From: a virus | IMG/VR virus record: IMGVR_UViG_3300023179_000085 | Coordinates: 9,441-73,440 of that record | DNA length: 64,000 nt | Strand: one strand, 5' to 3' | In this document: in pieces, positions 29,969-44,108 of the stretch | Layout of the letters: each line of letters opens with the position of its first letter | Numbering within the stretch: position 1 is the first letter of the stretch | The notes under the pieces: generated by a model | Seen by the model: the letters and a program-made list of their open reading frames with translations, nothing else | Told to the model about the DNA's origin: nothing | Database searches by the model: none | Position numbers and translations under genes: made by a program

Positions 29969-32900
29969 ATGAGAAGAGACAATCAGCCAATACATAACAT
30001 TGGCTTTGGTGTTACCTCAAGAGACTTCGCAGAGCAAAGAAATGAAGACGTAGGCCCTGCTGCTAATTCTGGCTTTATTGCCAGAGCACTTGAGGGCAAT
30101 CCAATCACCAAAATGGCTACGGCCATGATTGCCACAGGCATTGCAGCAACAGTTGCTGGCAAGGTTGTTAAGGGCCAGGGCTTAAAGCTTGGCTATAAGC
30201 TAACACAAGCCGCGCGTGCAGCAGAGCAAGCTGGTACCCAAAATGTATTGACCAGGTCTCATCAGGGGCTTCTTAAAGTACGCAGTATTCTTGACGAGCT
30301 AGAAGGCGTAACTCGATTAGCCGAAGGTACAACTTCTTTAGTATACAAAGAAGCTGGAAAAGATACCCTAACCACTGGTTATGAGGGTATAAAAAGCATC
30401 CTTGATACAGGATACTCCTTTGCAAGAAAGGGAGTAAAAGGTGCAGAAGGATGGGCTTGGAGAGACCAGCTTCAGCAGTCTTTAGTTAGACAGGCAAGAA
30501 GGCTACCCTATGAAGTGCCAGCATTTTATGCAGTTGATAAGACTGTCGGAAGAAAGCTATTTGGCAGAGAAGAACCAGATGGCCCAAGAAAAAAGTGGTA
30601 TGACCCAAGCAGAATAACTGATATAGGAAAAGATTTAGCTAAGACTACCGCATTTCAATTGGGCGGATTTGTTCTTCCGGCTGCAATGGCTGGAGCCTCT
30701 AAAGAAAGTTCGTTAAACTTTTTTAGAACAGCAGAACAAAGATGGGACTCAATGTATGCTGGATATAAGCAGTTAACTCCAGTTCAGAAAAAACTTTATG
30801 AAAATACAAATTTTCTAAGAGGATCACTTTCTGAAGTCGGACAAGATATTTTTAATGTTTTAGATAAATCAATTAAATTTTCCGAAAGATCTTCAGGCGC
30901 TTTATCTGTAGCATTTTCTACATTATCTGGAGTTAACAAAAACCCAGTTGGCGACTTGTACGCAGCGCGCCATGGAGCTAATCCAAGTCAACCTGTTTCT
31001 ACAAAAATTAAAAATATAGCTTCTGATATTTATAGGGGAAATAAACAAGCGCTAAATAGTGGATTAGCAGACAGTACAAAAATAGACAGTCTCCTAGATT
31101 TGATACCAGGCTATAAGTCAATAAGACAGGGATTAACTCAGGGTTACAAGCAGTATAAAAATCTAAGTGCAGCTCAAATTTATCTTGATAAAAGCGGAGA
31201 TACATTACAAGCAGCGCAAAAAATTATTGCAAAAGCAAATAAGCTAGGTCCTGCTCCTGCCGATAAAGATGTTAACCCAATACTTGTTGAATCAATAGAA
31301 AATATTTTAAGAAAAAGAACTTCTCCATTAATAAGACTCGCTCAAGATTTTGAAAACCAAGTAGGTATTCGCAGGGGCGGAAATAGGGCGTCTGTAACTG
31401 GGCTTGACTACGCAGCAAGAAATGGGTATCTATCTAGATCATTTAAGAGAGAAGTTTTTGATGCACAGTACAGAAAACAGCTAGTTAATAGGCTTTCACA
31501 AATTGATGGAGTAGATCAAACATCCGCAGAAAAATTTGCAGATCAACTTTATTTTGATGAATATCCATGGAAAGCTGTAAAGGGAAAAACAGATCCAGAA
31601 TTTATTGCTCCAGAAAATAGGATAACAATAGGTGGCAGCGCCCCAGAAACAGATTTTTTTGCTACTGTTATAGATAGATACAATAAGGGTAAAGTTGGGA
31701 AGATAAATCCAATAACCCTAAAACCAGAAGAACTTGAAACTGCGCTTAGCGAAGTTGACAATTTATATAAAGCGGCTTTTGAACCCGGTGCTAAAGATAT
31801 TTCTCTTCTTTATGGAAATATAGATATAGATTCAACTGCTAATGTAATTTATGAAAAGTTTAAAAAGTTTGCCACTCAAACTGCTCTTAGGGGAACTAAA
31901 CCAAAAGAAGATAGCTTTAGCGTTCTCTATAACACGAATCTACCAAATACTGCAAGAGTAAAAAGAGATGCATTATCCGAACTACAAAAGCTAACTGCAA
32001 GAACTATAGGTATAGACGAAAATGCACCAAATTTAACTGCAAGACTTTCAGCAAGAGGTTTTGACTCTCATGAGCAAATGCAGGGGTATCTTCTAAACAA
32101 TAAAGCCATACAGGCATCAAAATTTGGGAGCATAGGTAGTTTCTTTGGAGTTTCTGCTTATACGCTTGATGAGTTTTTAGCAGATCAAGATAAGCTGATT
32201 GCTAATAAAATCCTAAGAACACAAACTGGAACGACCAGTCCATTAGCTGGAAATATAGTAGATTCAGCCGGAAATGCTTCCCCTTCTCCTTATCAGGTCT
32301 TTACTGGAAATATTGCCTTTCAAACTCCGAATTCCAGTATGTTGTCAACAAATCCGATTAGACAAATTATTTCAGACATAAGACTTACCAGTGGACAACA
32401 GGGCCAGGCACAAAGTAATTTAAGAGGTTTCTTTAAAATTGGAGATCAAGGAAGTTCAGTACTCCTAAATGTTAATCCAATACAAGCTGGTGTTAGAGCT
32501 GTTTCAAAATTTTTAGCTAATGACATACGCGTTCCAATCATCAATATTAACCCAATGCAGATGCTTGGGTTTAAAGACTTTCAGTCAATGTCAGAAGCTG
32601 GAATGTTTAGAGTATCTTCAGCAAGCGGTATGCATCCATTTGTTCCAAAAGCAGATGAACTTGGTCTGGCAGCAGACATGTATACATGGCATAGCACTGG
32701 GGGCCTGCTTGGCACAAAGGGTAAGTTAGTAGCTTATCAATCGGGAAGGATGGAGGTTGGAAAAGAAAATACTTTAGCAAAAGAAATAGCTGGATATTAT
32801 CGACCATTAGCTACGCGCAGCGCTGGCATGTTCACGAGAACGGCAGAGTTAGCATCTGAACAAAGAACGCCAAGAACTTCATCTGATGAAGGTGGCTTTT

Positions 32901-35900
32901 TAGGAAAAGTAAAACAAAAATTAGATTACGCAGAAGAGCAACCAAATTCTCTATTTAGATTTTTTGGCAGACTTTTAGACAGACAATCTGATGTAAATAA
33001 TCCAGCTGTTTTAGGAAGAATACTTAGGGATGAATTTGATCAAGAATTTACAATTGGTGGTTTTGGTAGAAAAAGAAATTTAGTTTTAAGAAATATAACA
33101 GATTCCTCCGGCGAAACACTTGAGTATCAATTAAGAAACGCAGCTGATGACAGTTTGGTGGCCTCTCATGGAGAGTTGATGGAGGCATTTACCCGACTAG
33201 GAAATTCGATGTTGGGTTATGGAAATCCTAGAAGAGTTTCAGAAGCAATACTGGGAACGGGTGAATTAGCATCTTTCTCTGCCGCGTCAAGAGAGCTTAA
33301 GCTTAGCAGAATAGGCGATGCGGAAGGAGTGCTTTCTGGAGTTGGTCTAGATGATCTGCTTTCGCCAAAAACATCTGCCACAGCAAACAAAATTATAGAT
33401 TTCTTTAAAAGCGATTTAACTGCAATAAATTCCTCTATAGATATTGATCAAAATCTTTCAAACTATCAAGCAATAGCAAAAGCTTTTAGTAGATTAAAGA
33501 AGTTCGGTGATATAACAGACTTTTCCGCACAATCTAGAATGTTGGAGTCATCTGGCTCCATAGTAACTAGAGGTGATGAAATGGGGTTCGAGGTAATACG
33601 ATACCTTACTCTCAGAAAAGGTTTAGCCCCTGGTGCAGACCCAGCTCAATTAATAACAAATATTACCTCGGCCATTGATGACTTAGCGGCAAAGCGGAGT
33701 TATTAATTCATCTCAAAAAGCAGAAGCACAAGCTGCAACTCTGTCCACGCTCTTAAACTTAACTGCGTTTAAAACATTCCAATACGAACAGGGATCAAAC
33801 GCAGCGGGTAGTGTAATAAATACTTTAAATAGATTTAAAGAAACAAAAGCTATTTTAAGTCAGAATCCAACGTTGTTAGATCCCCTTATCCAGGGGACAA
33901 CAGAGGCAGCAGGTAGATCTTCGCTTAACCCAATTAGCGCTGCGATGGGTAAAGTGGCTCCAATGTTCAAGAGAAATTTTGGAATGGGTCAATATGTGGA
34001 AGATCAAATACCAACAGTTCTTAGTGGAAGAACTGGAGAAAACCCATTTACATTCGTTCCAACATTTGCAACAGCTTTTAAGAGAAATCCAAAAGCTACA
34101 TTATTAAGCGCTTCTGGAATACACACATATGGTAATGAAGAAGGTTTTTCGCTAGCTTCAGTACCAATGTCAATTGGTTTTCAAAGATTAAATAGATATT
34201 TTGGAACAGTAGGATCTCAATTAAATGAAAGCAACTTCTATGGTCCATTAGATCTTTACTTTAGGGGAATGGTTGGAGAAAGAATACTTCCAGCAGTTGC
34301 TATAGGAACAACCGCATTAACAGTTGATAGAACACTTGGCGGATATACTCAACCAAAAGATGAAAGAGGAGAAAGAGTATATTCACCTCTTGTATTGGGA
34401 ACAGCTGCAAGAATTGGCGTAGAAGGGCAAGCTCTTGCTAGCGGTTTAACTCCTGGTGGAATGGGATATTTTGAAAAGAGAAAACAATTACTTGAAGGCG
34501 AAGTTCCAATAAGAAAAGGAAGATTCTGGCCACTTGGGAACACACCGTTTAAAGGTGGAAAAATTGAGTACTTTAGACCATCGTGGTATAGAAGGCTTCA
34601 GGGTGGTGCGATGTTTACATCGGACACCTATGGAAGCCCAATGGAAAAGTTTTTATACTATAATGACTTTTCTCCCCTAAGACCACTTGATCCATATAGG
34701 TTTGAAAGAAAACATTATCAAGATAGACCTTATCCAGTAACTGGAGAGTATTTTAGTGGTCCGTTTGGAGCGGCAGTACCAGTTCTCAACGCAACTGTAG
34801 GTAGAATACTTAAACCACAAAAAATAATGCATCCGGCAGAACTTGCTCGTGGACTGAGCGAGTATCAAAAAGTTGGACAAGGGGGTGCTTTTTTACCAAC
34901 GTTTGATGCGTCAAACTACGCTACGCCACTTACTCCATATAATACTGATGAGTCTGTTAGAGAAGTCTATCCAGATTTAACATTTGCTGCAGCACCCGCA
35001 TACGGTAGAGAGCCTAGACCACTTAGAAATATACCAACAACATTAGCTGGAGGCATACAAAGTAGGAGCCGGTTCCTCTATCCCGATAGCGTTACATAAC
35101 GCAAATGCCGCGAATGCATCCGCACCTCAGCAAACAGGTAGGCAAGCAGTAAGAGCGCAGTCAGAATACTATAATACATCACTTGTACAGGCATCTGCCA
35201 GCGCTCCCCCCTCAATATCAAGATCGATAAACCCCATTCTCCCCGGTGTTCCTACTGGTTCCAATATAGCTCCAGCCGACATAGTGCCGTCAGGCATGCC
35301 ATTTAAAACTACAAATAGAGAAGTTATTGGTGGCGAATTAGGCTATAGACTACAGGAAACTTTCGGTATATACGGTTTTGCTGGTGGAAACATTAGAGAA
35401 TCACTAGGATTTGGTTCTTTTGATTTTGAGCCGAATAGAGCTGTACTTCAATCGGCATCTAAAGCTTATGGAACCACAAGGGCTTTTTGGGATCTTAATT
35501 TGGGTGGTCTTGGTGACCTTCCGCTTCAAGCTGAAGGAGCTTTGGGTAATATAGAAATATCTGAAGTTGTTAGAAGATTTATACCAAAAGAAAGAACAAA
35601 TGTAGATTATGTAAATCCTATTAGAAATACTATGGGAATACAATATCAGTTCTTGCCAGGTAGAGATAATTTTATTGATTTTACTACTGGTGATCCTTTT
35701 ACAAAAGTAAAAGAAGGTGAACTGAGACTTCCTGGTGTTGGTTATGAAAGATTTAATAAATTATACTCAGATCAATCTGGAAGATATGGAGCAGTAAATC
35801 AGCTAGATATTTTAGCCGATGTTGCACCCTACTCAAAAGAATTTAGAGCTTTAGATTCTAGAATAAATAAAATTGGTCTTTCAGAAGAAGAAAGAAAAAA

Positions 35901-36996
35901 AGTAGGTCAAATTAGATCGCAGATTAATGCGATAGAACAAAGTAGAACAAACTTTGATCCTTATAAAGAACCTAGAAGCATTTTCCAAAAAGCATTAAAT
36001 CCCTTGGAGACAACAAAGGACTACTTGCAGCATACGGATAACTTCGTAAACAATAAGTTTTTTGGTAAAAGAACAGCGACTGAAGACTACGAAAGAAGAC
36101 ATGTATATGGTTCTACGTTCCCAGAGTGGCAAAGGCCAATCGAAAGCTTTATACAGCCAATATATAATAAGGGCACGCAAAGAAATCCATTACTTGCTGC
36201 TGGCGTAGGTGCAATAGGTCTTGGTCTTTTTGGTAAGGGCCCAAGAGCACAGTTTATTTTAGGTTCTTTTGGTGCGTTAACAGTTGGTGGTTTTTCGGCA
36301 ATACAGAGATCCAAAGAAGAAAGATATATTCCCCAGGAAAGAAAAAAGCAACTTGCACTTGAAGAATACACAGATGTATTAAGCTATGTCAAAAATAGAA
36401 CAGCTGCAGCTAGAGCAGAAAAAATAGGTGACGTAGAAGCCGCAAAGCAATACATGGCTCTTTCAAGAAGAACAATGTATGGAGCTGATTTAGATTCAAA
36501 ATCAATAGATCAATTAGCGCTATCTATACCAAAGAGAAAAAGAGATTACTTTAAGGCGATGATTGAAGCTCCGGAATCCGAGAGGGGAAGAATATTATCA
36601 ACAGCTCCAAGATTGGAAAGAAGAATATACGAAGCCGCTTGGGGAATGCCAGTAGAAAGAAGGCCAGATCTAGTTCAGTATTTTACAAGACATGAGCTAC
36701 CCAATGCCAACTGGGAAGGTTGGCATCCTAACACAAACATGGAACATGTTAAAATAAAGATGGGACAGGCGATGGGTATTGAAATGTCGCAAATGGGTTT
36801 CTTCCCACAACAAATTAGGGAAGCTAATTTAGTTAACCCAAGTTATCCAGGTTTCGGCGCTTCTAATATGTCAGAAAAAGATGTTAGATCCCAGCTTCAA
36901 AGGTTAATGTTTGATATGGGTATAGATGGAAACATTACTCCAGTTACTAATAATACAAATCCTGGTCAAATTAATGTAATGGCCGGAGTAAGGTGA
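29969..36996 (+). CDS. Giant tape-measure-like / virion structural protein (~2341 aa) rebuilt across CGG +1 sites at 33695 and 35070
   Basis: Three ORF-track pieces (29969, 33873, 35284) join stop-free when C33695 and C35070 are skipped. Helical, Ala/Gly-rich with hydrophobic segments; follows the tail chaperones. Confidence 0.7.
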
Positions 36997-37008
36997 TTTT
37001 AAATACCT

Positions 37009-40000
37009 ATGGTTTCTGTTAATGACTTTTCAAAAATAGGTGTAGACTTTTCGGAAAAAGGCTTTCAAGCTACAGAAGCCTACGCAAAGGGTACCTTACG
37101 TTTTCTTGTAGACGCAGATGGAAAACTAGCAGTACAAAATATAATCACTGGTAAAGTATATTCTAGTCAAACAAGTTCAATAGAATCTGTTTTAGCGGAC
37201 GCAGCAAAACTTTCAGTTTCTGAATATGATGAAATATCTCCAGTTGGTTTGTCCCAATTAGTAACTGGAGAAGCAGTAGACAAAAGCCAATATGGAAGAT
37301 TATCTGATTTAGTAAAAGCAGTTAATGAAAGCGTTTTAAGTAGCGGGGCAGCTGATCAGAGTTACGCGGAAGCAGTGCGAAAAGCAGTGGGATTAGAGGG
37401 GGTTGTTGATCAAAGATTGGTTATTGAAAGAATTGGTTTCGAAAAAGCAAAAGACATTGGCGGTGATAGGCCTCTTCAGTCCGCTGTTGACAACATAGCG
37501 CAATCAATGATAGGGAGAGGCCAGTTCTTAGATCCAACAGCGAACGCTGCAGCTGTTTCAACGGGAGAAGCGGTTCTTCCTGGTCTTTTAAATATTCAAA
37601 AAGATGCGTCTGTTTTACTTAGATTTAGGGTTGGGGATAAATATCTAACAACAGATCAGATAACTAGATTATTGGTTAGAACTGGTTCGCAAGTTCTTGA
37701 CGAGGGCAAATTAAGGTCCGTTCTTGGTAAAGATTCTGATGATATTCTTGGAGAAATTGGATCAACATTTGCAAAAGTTTCAAAAAGAATTAAGGCAACA
37801 ACGTCAGCCAGAAACCTCGTAGAGGGAGAAGAGGGTATATCTAGCTTATTGAGTTATCTTAAAACAGAAGGAAATTTACAAAATCAATTTGTAGATCAAA
37901 TCCAAACTCTTGATGACGCATTTTTGATATATGATACTAATCTAGAATCTATACTTCAAACATTTGGAGCACAAGATCAATTTGGTGCAGCGTACATTTC
38001 TAGTCAAAAAAACTTGGGAGGACAAAAAGCATTTCAATCAGCCTCAAGAAGAAGGCAGGGTATCAAGATAGCCACTAGAGGATACGATACAGTAAACGAA
38101 GAGGGTCTTAATGTCGGCCAACAGTTTTTTAGGAATACACTGAGAGCTAAAGGGGTTGCAGATGATGAAGTAGGAAGCGTTATGAATTTTCTCCAAGAAG
38201 CTATTAGCGGTGATTCTGGTTTTGTAACTCAAAAAATAGCAGCAGCTCAAGCTGAGTCTGATCCACAAAAGGCAGCAAAAATAATTTCAGAAATAACTTC
38301 TGGAAATATCGCAAAGCACATTAAAGCCACAGCTGAAGCTCGTGGGATGAGCGCCAGTAGAATAAGCCAAATACAGTATGGTTTTACTGAAGCTTTGAAA
38401 AAAACACAAGATGGTTCTATGTTTATGAACGACATAGTCTTTAGACATAGGGCAATGCAACTGCAGGATAATATTTTACAAGCAAGAAATAATTTAGATT
38501 CTTTACAATCCTCGTCTGGTCCTATAACAACAGAAATGCAAACAAGAATGTCAAATCTTAAACAAAACATTGCGACGTGGGAAAGTGACTTTAGGAGAAT
38601 TGCTCAAGGTAATCCAATAGAAATGATCGATGGTAAATATCAAAAAGCTGCTTTTCAAGTGAGACAGCTTGATGACCAAACCGGAAGAATTTTTATAGGT
38701 AGTCGGTCAAGTTAAGATGGTATCTGATGTTTTGGCCGCAGAAAAAGGTAATAATGTTTACGAATTACAAAGATTAGGATACATAGGAGTTGGCTCAGAA
38801 GAACTACTTAAAAGCGAAGTTTCACTTGCGGCTGGTAAAAGAATACCTGGCAGAAATCCAATTAGTACAATAACTATGCAATTGTCTACTGGCCATGGAA
38901 ATGAAATGATAAATGCAGATATACAAGGTCTTATATTCCATAAGCAAATGTATGGTCCAGGCAACGATGTAATCCGTGGTGAAATATCAAAAAATGCTAA
39001 GCAGATACAGCAAGATATAGAAGAATTCAGAAGAGGAAAAATATCTTCTCGACTAAGAGATAAGGTTCAAAGAGGAGCAAACATAGATGTAGAAAATTGG
39101 GAAAGTCTTAGGTTTAGCAGTAGAAGTAGTGCTGTAAAGTTTAGACAAGAAGCAATAGAACTGCAAGCTAACATACTTCGTCGGAGAACAGGGGCTTACA
39201 AATGTAGCTCATATTAGAGGTTTAGCTAAGCAGGCTGAAAGATTTTTAACACAAGACTTTTTTAAGTTTGACAGAGTTTATAGATCAGTTTCTGAAACTG
39301 GTCAAATTAGAAATACAAACTTATTTCTTCCAATACTTCCGTTTTCTCAAAGAAACGCAATTGATACAGAAGAACGCGTGGCAAACGCCGTAGGCGATAC
39401 AATTTTAGGAGGACGATTTAAAGACAGGGAATCTATAAGAATCGCAATGGAAAACGGCACCGCCACTGAAATGGAATTGATGAAATACAGAATGCAGGGA
39501 CATAAGTTTTTGGTTAGTGGCAGCACTGCAGACACACTATACGAAGCATTTGGCGGATTTGACTTAGACGACAAAGTAATAGGTGATTTATCTTTTCTTA
39601 GGGATACAAACGGAAATAGAAGATTAGCTTCTTTTGTTTGGCGTCAACCAACTGGTCCTCAGGAATTTGCTCTGATGTTTCCTCACTTAGATGAAGATAC
39701 ATTAATAAGAATGCTTGGTTCAGAAAACCAATTTGCTGAAAGATTTCAATTATTAGCCGGAGCTGTTTCGGATTCAATTAGTGAACAAAGATTCAATAGA
39801 ATACCCAGTATTAAAGCTGGAGCAACAGCTTTGGAACTTAATTCATTAAATGAAGAAGAAAAAATTATTAAATATGTTTCTTTATTATCAAGAAACAAAT
39901 CAGCAGCTAAACAATACATAGAGGGAATGGATACAAACAATCCTCAGTTTTTTGAAAAAGTAGAAAAAGCAATTTTCAGAATACTTGACGTTGGAAACAG

Positions 40001-43000
40001 GGATGCTAGCGGTTCTACCATGGGACTGCAATTTTCTCAAAGCTCAAGAAATATTTCTATACAAAATATACTAAAACATCTTCCAGGAGCTAGTGATATT
40101 TTAGAAGACGATTTTAGATTTATTAATCTTCCAGAAATAAACGAAGAAGTAGTTCGATTAGCTGCTACTGGTAGGTTTGGCACAGCAAGACAACTAACTC
40201 CTGAAATAGCTGAAAAATTAGCAGCAGTAGACCCTAAGTTTGGAATGCAGTACAGACAAAGCGGATTTATAAGAATGTTTGAAACAAAAATGTCACTCGA
40301 TGCCGATGTCAATGACCCAGTACTTAGAACAGTTAGAGATATTTTAGAATCAAATAAAAGTGTAAGAACTTCTCTTGGAAGAGGATTTGGCAAAAAAACA
40401 TCCGAACAAATTTTTGAAACTACAAGAGCAGGTTTGAAAAACGCTGCATCAGTTAGCGAAAATGATGTAGCTTACAGAATCGCTGGAAAAATACTACAAT
40501 CAGATTCAATTGACAATGAAATTAAATTTCAAATTGAAGAAGCATTTAATAAGTCTTTTAATCGCCAACAGTACGCAGCTTTTGCTGCAGAAGATGGCCT
40601 TGGCATATATGTAAATAAACTTGGTTTTGCCTCTTCTTTAGATATGCAAAGACAAGACGCAATTTCTTCTATCATGGAAAGATTAAACACATCCAATGCG
40701 TTTGATGCAAATGATTTACAAAAAAGACTATCGTCATTAAGAATCAATTCAATACCAGTATATACTCCAGAGCAAGCAATTGACGCAGCTATTGCAGGCG
40801 GCGGCGGAAGACTTAAGATTGCCGGGTCCGCTCAAGAATTGTATGCAGCAACACAAATATTTTCCTCTGACTCCCAGGGTGTTTTAGATGAATTTACAAG
40901 AAACCAAGCAATAAACAAAAGCTTAAGTAGATTAGCAGTTGTAAAAACTGGTGTTGATTTTGGGGAAGAAGCAGTTTTAAATCAATTTCAAACTGCGTTT
41001 AGAGAATTGGGGCATAGTGAAGCTCAAATAACACAAAAGATTCAAGCACTTACTGCAGCTTATTCAAACAATAAAAAGGGATTCTCTCAACAAATGCAGG
41101 AGCTAGTAACTAATTTATTAGATCAATCTGGTAGCAGGCTTACTGCCGGAGATTCAATCGGAGCACAAAAGCTTGAGCAAATAGCTTTTGGATTCATGGA
41201 TGTCGGAGCAGCATCTGTTGGTAGCGCAGCAGTAGCTGGGTCTGCCCAAGATATGCGGAGAGTTACTTGCATATCAAATTATGTTAGGTGTAGAAAAATC
41301 AAAAAGAATAGGGTTTGATAGATTTGCTACTCAACTAAAGCTAAGTATGGGTAAAAATCGGAGAAGTTTTGTCTGTAGCCGAAAACATGCTAGAAGGATT
41401 AAAGCTTGGATTATCTAGGGCAACAGGCGCAACTTCTGGCACCGATGAAGTAACTAAAATTATTGCAAATATCGAAAACGCAGTCAGCCAAGTGCAGAGA
41501 AGCGTTTTAGATAAAAAAGGAGTAACAAAAAGCTTAGGTCAATTAAAGGCCTCTCTTTTAAACAATGCTCGGATTACCTGACGCACAATCGGCAGCTTTA
41601 CTCGTTAACGATATGACAGAAACAGCAAAGCTACTTGAAACCCTTAAAAGCAAAGAAGATATTTTAAGATCAAGCGCAAGTACTGAACTCGCTCAGTTTT
41701 ATGGAGTTTTAAAACAAAGCCAAGAAGTAGCAGATGTGGAAAATTTTCTTACAAAAAATTTACTAGAACAACAAAATAACGAACTAGCAGAATATGAAAA
41801 ACTCTATAGACTAGAATCAGATTTAAAAAGAGTAGACAGATTGAATCAGTTTGGCGACGAAAACCAAAATCTTATAGCCCGAATTGATGAACTTTTTGCT
41901 AATGGTGCACCAGAAAGATCTATTGTAGCCGGGTTGGATCAAGCTGAATCTGTTTCAAGTCAAGCAATAAATGTTGTTTTAGAAAAAGCAAGAATTGGAC
42001 TAGAGCAAACTAAAAATACAATTTCGCAAAATATTATTCAAAATTTAGAAGAAGTTATAAGATCAAATCCAGATGATCCGTCTGCTGCCCTAAGGCATAT
42101 TCAGACACTTTTATTTTATCAAAAGAAATACTCTAGCGTTACAACCGCAGAAGCTTCTGCTCAATCAGGACTTGGCAGAATACTAGAATCCGTTTTAAGT
42201 CCAATAGGAGAATATGGAGAAAACCAATATTCAATAGCTGGAAGAAACTATGCTTTATCAGATATAGTTGATTACGCAAGAGCCTCAATGCTTAGAACGT
42301 CTTTAGAGGGTAACCAGGGAACGCTATCCATGGTTGACGACGTTTTCGATTATCTGTCTAGAATCCGTCCAACAAACATAGCTCCAGGAGAAGATTTTTT
42401 TTCTCTTAGTACTTTAAATAGAATTTTTGACTACTCAAACGCAAGAGCTACAGTTACATCTGAAACCAGGGCACTAAAAGACATACCTAGAATAATGCAG
42501 CAGGTACCAGCAGAAATTATCGAGGCTCTTGATTCAGTTGGAATGGGTGGGATATCTCAAGTATTAAGTCCGAGCATATTTGACCCCGCAGCACAACAAA
42601 ACGCTCAGATAGACTCAATGTTAAGTAGATTCGGATTAGGCGGTTTAAGGCAACAATTATTCCCAGAAAACATGCCGTCTACTGCAAACTTCTTTGCTGA
42701 CGCATCAGGAAAAACTATAGACCTCGGTCTTGTTGCATCCAAAAAAGTTGGTACAGCCTATAATCCGGCGATAGATGCAGATTTAGTCAATGATTTATTG
42801 GCATTAGCTGCAGAAAGACAAGAGGATGTTGAGAGCTTGGTAATGCAAAGATATAGAGATAGAATGACTTCGGTATTAACGAATAAAGGTGTGGCAATAC
42901 GAGAAGAAGATATGGCCGCCGCAACCGAAAGATACATTATGAACTTAAGAAGAATAATAGCAATACGTAGAGCAAGAGATACGTATGAGGGTATAGCTTT

Positions 43001-43622
43001 AAGGGCTCCAGGTATGATTGAGGCATTCGAGACCGCAGTACAAGAAAGCCCTGTGGGTTCAGCCACAGATGCTATTGATGAAATACTTGGTAGATACATG
43101 GAAGAGATAGCAGATACAACTGCTGCAGATGCTGTTGTTAGAGATTCTTTTTCTAACTTGGTTATGGACCAAATTGCTCCTCGAGCTAAATATACTAGAT
43201 TTGGTCAATTCCTACAACAGCAAATAGCAGACAATCCGAATTTGGGCGCGATGCTTTCTGGAGCTTTTCAAAACAAAGGTAAAATAATAGCAGGCGCAGC
43301 TGCAGCTACGGGAATAGCTATATTTGCGATGAAAAGAAATAAAGATGTAACACCAGAAAGTATATCTGGTCCGCCACTCCTGCCTGGTGGCAATCCGTAT
43401 GAAAACATTCCGACAATGCCGTACGCCATAGAACCAATGCCTACAGCAGGTAGTGGGCAAGGTGTTTCTTATAATGTTTCCGTTAACGGAGATTATGAAA
43501 AGATGCAGGAGTTTATGAGTAGGGCCGGATACTTATCAAATGGTCAAATGCAGGGTACTATGCATAGCAGTTTGCCTGATCTTGGCGGCAATCACTATGA
43601 TGATATAGCTGGTTCATTTTAA
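37009..43622 (+). CDS. Giant virion protein (~2202 aa), candidate single-subunit two-barrel RNA polymerase; five CGG +1 sites (38704, 39182, 41256, 41359, 41570)
   Basis: ORF pieces 37009, 38717, 39378, 41369 and 41565, plus an uncalled 34-codon piece, join stop-free. Motifs QDGSMFMN, AFQVR, GGFDLDD, WRQP, GLGIYVN and EQAIDAA. The CDS itself is well supported; the RNAP call is tentative. Confidence 0.6.
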
Positions 43623-43625
43623 AAT

Positions 43626-44105
43626 ATGAGTTTACTAAACGCTGACTATAATAAAAAGCTAAAAGACGCTGCTAATGCTAGGCCCGATACAAGGCCAATA
43701 GTAGGCAGATCCACTCAGCTATCGGCTCAGGTTAGTCATACACCGTCTAGTGGTAAGCCTAGTGCAGTCCAAGAAAGCAAAAGGGCTATCACTGAATCCC
43801 CGGAAGCAGTAGCTCCTTCTTCTGATCCGGTTAGAGGTTCGTATGAGGGCTATATGCGCAGTGCGCCAGCCTGGATACAGGCTAGCAATACCGGTTACGA
43901 TAATCCAAGAAATCAACAAGCTAGACAAAATAAAAATATTTCTGGAAAAAATAAAACAAATATTTTAAATATAAAGTCACTTTCAAATTCTTTTAATAAA
44001 TCAAACAATTCTGGTATAATAAATAATTATTCAAGAATGATGAAAGCTAATACTTCCGGAGCAAAAATAGCTGAAATGAATAGATTAGAAAGAATGTTTA
44101 AATAA
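43626..44105 (+). CDS. Hypothetical basic, low-complexity protein
   Basis: 159-aa ORF tightly packed between the giant genes. Confidence 0.6.
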   Translation: MSLLNADYNKKLKDAANARPDTRPIVGRSTQLSAQVSHTPSSGKPSAVQESKRAITESPEAVAPSSDPVRGSYEGYMRSAPAWIQASNTGYDNPRNQQARQNKNISGKNKTNILNIKSLSNSFNKSNNSGIINNYSRMMKANTSGAKIAEMNRLERMFK

Positions 44106-44108
44106 CGT

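Noticed and set aside
33695-33873. Introns, inteins or T4 gene 60-type bypassing in the gaps between ORF-track fragments
   Set aside because: The gaps are fully coding in the +1 frame, only one nucleotide needs skipping, and I saw no splicing or intein motifs.
41256-41573. Three mutually compensating frameshift mutations restoring the original frame
   Set aside because: The original frame has a stop at 41316-41318, so each +1 event is individually required.
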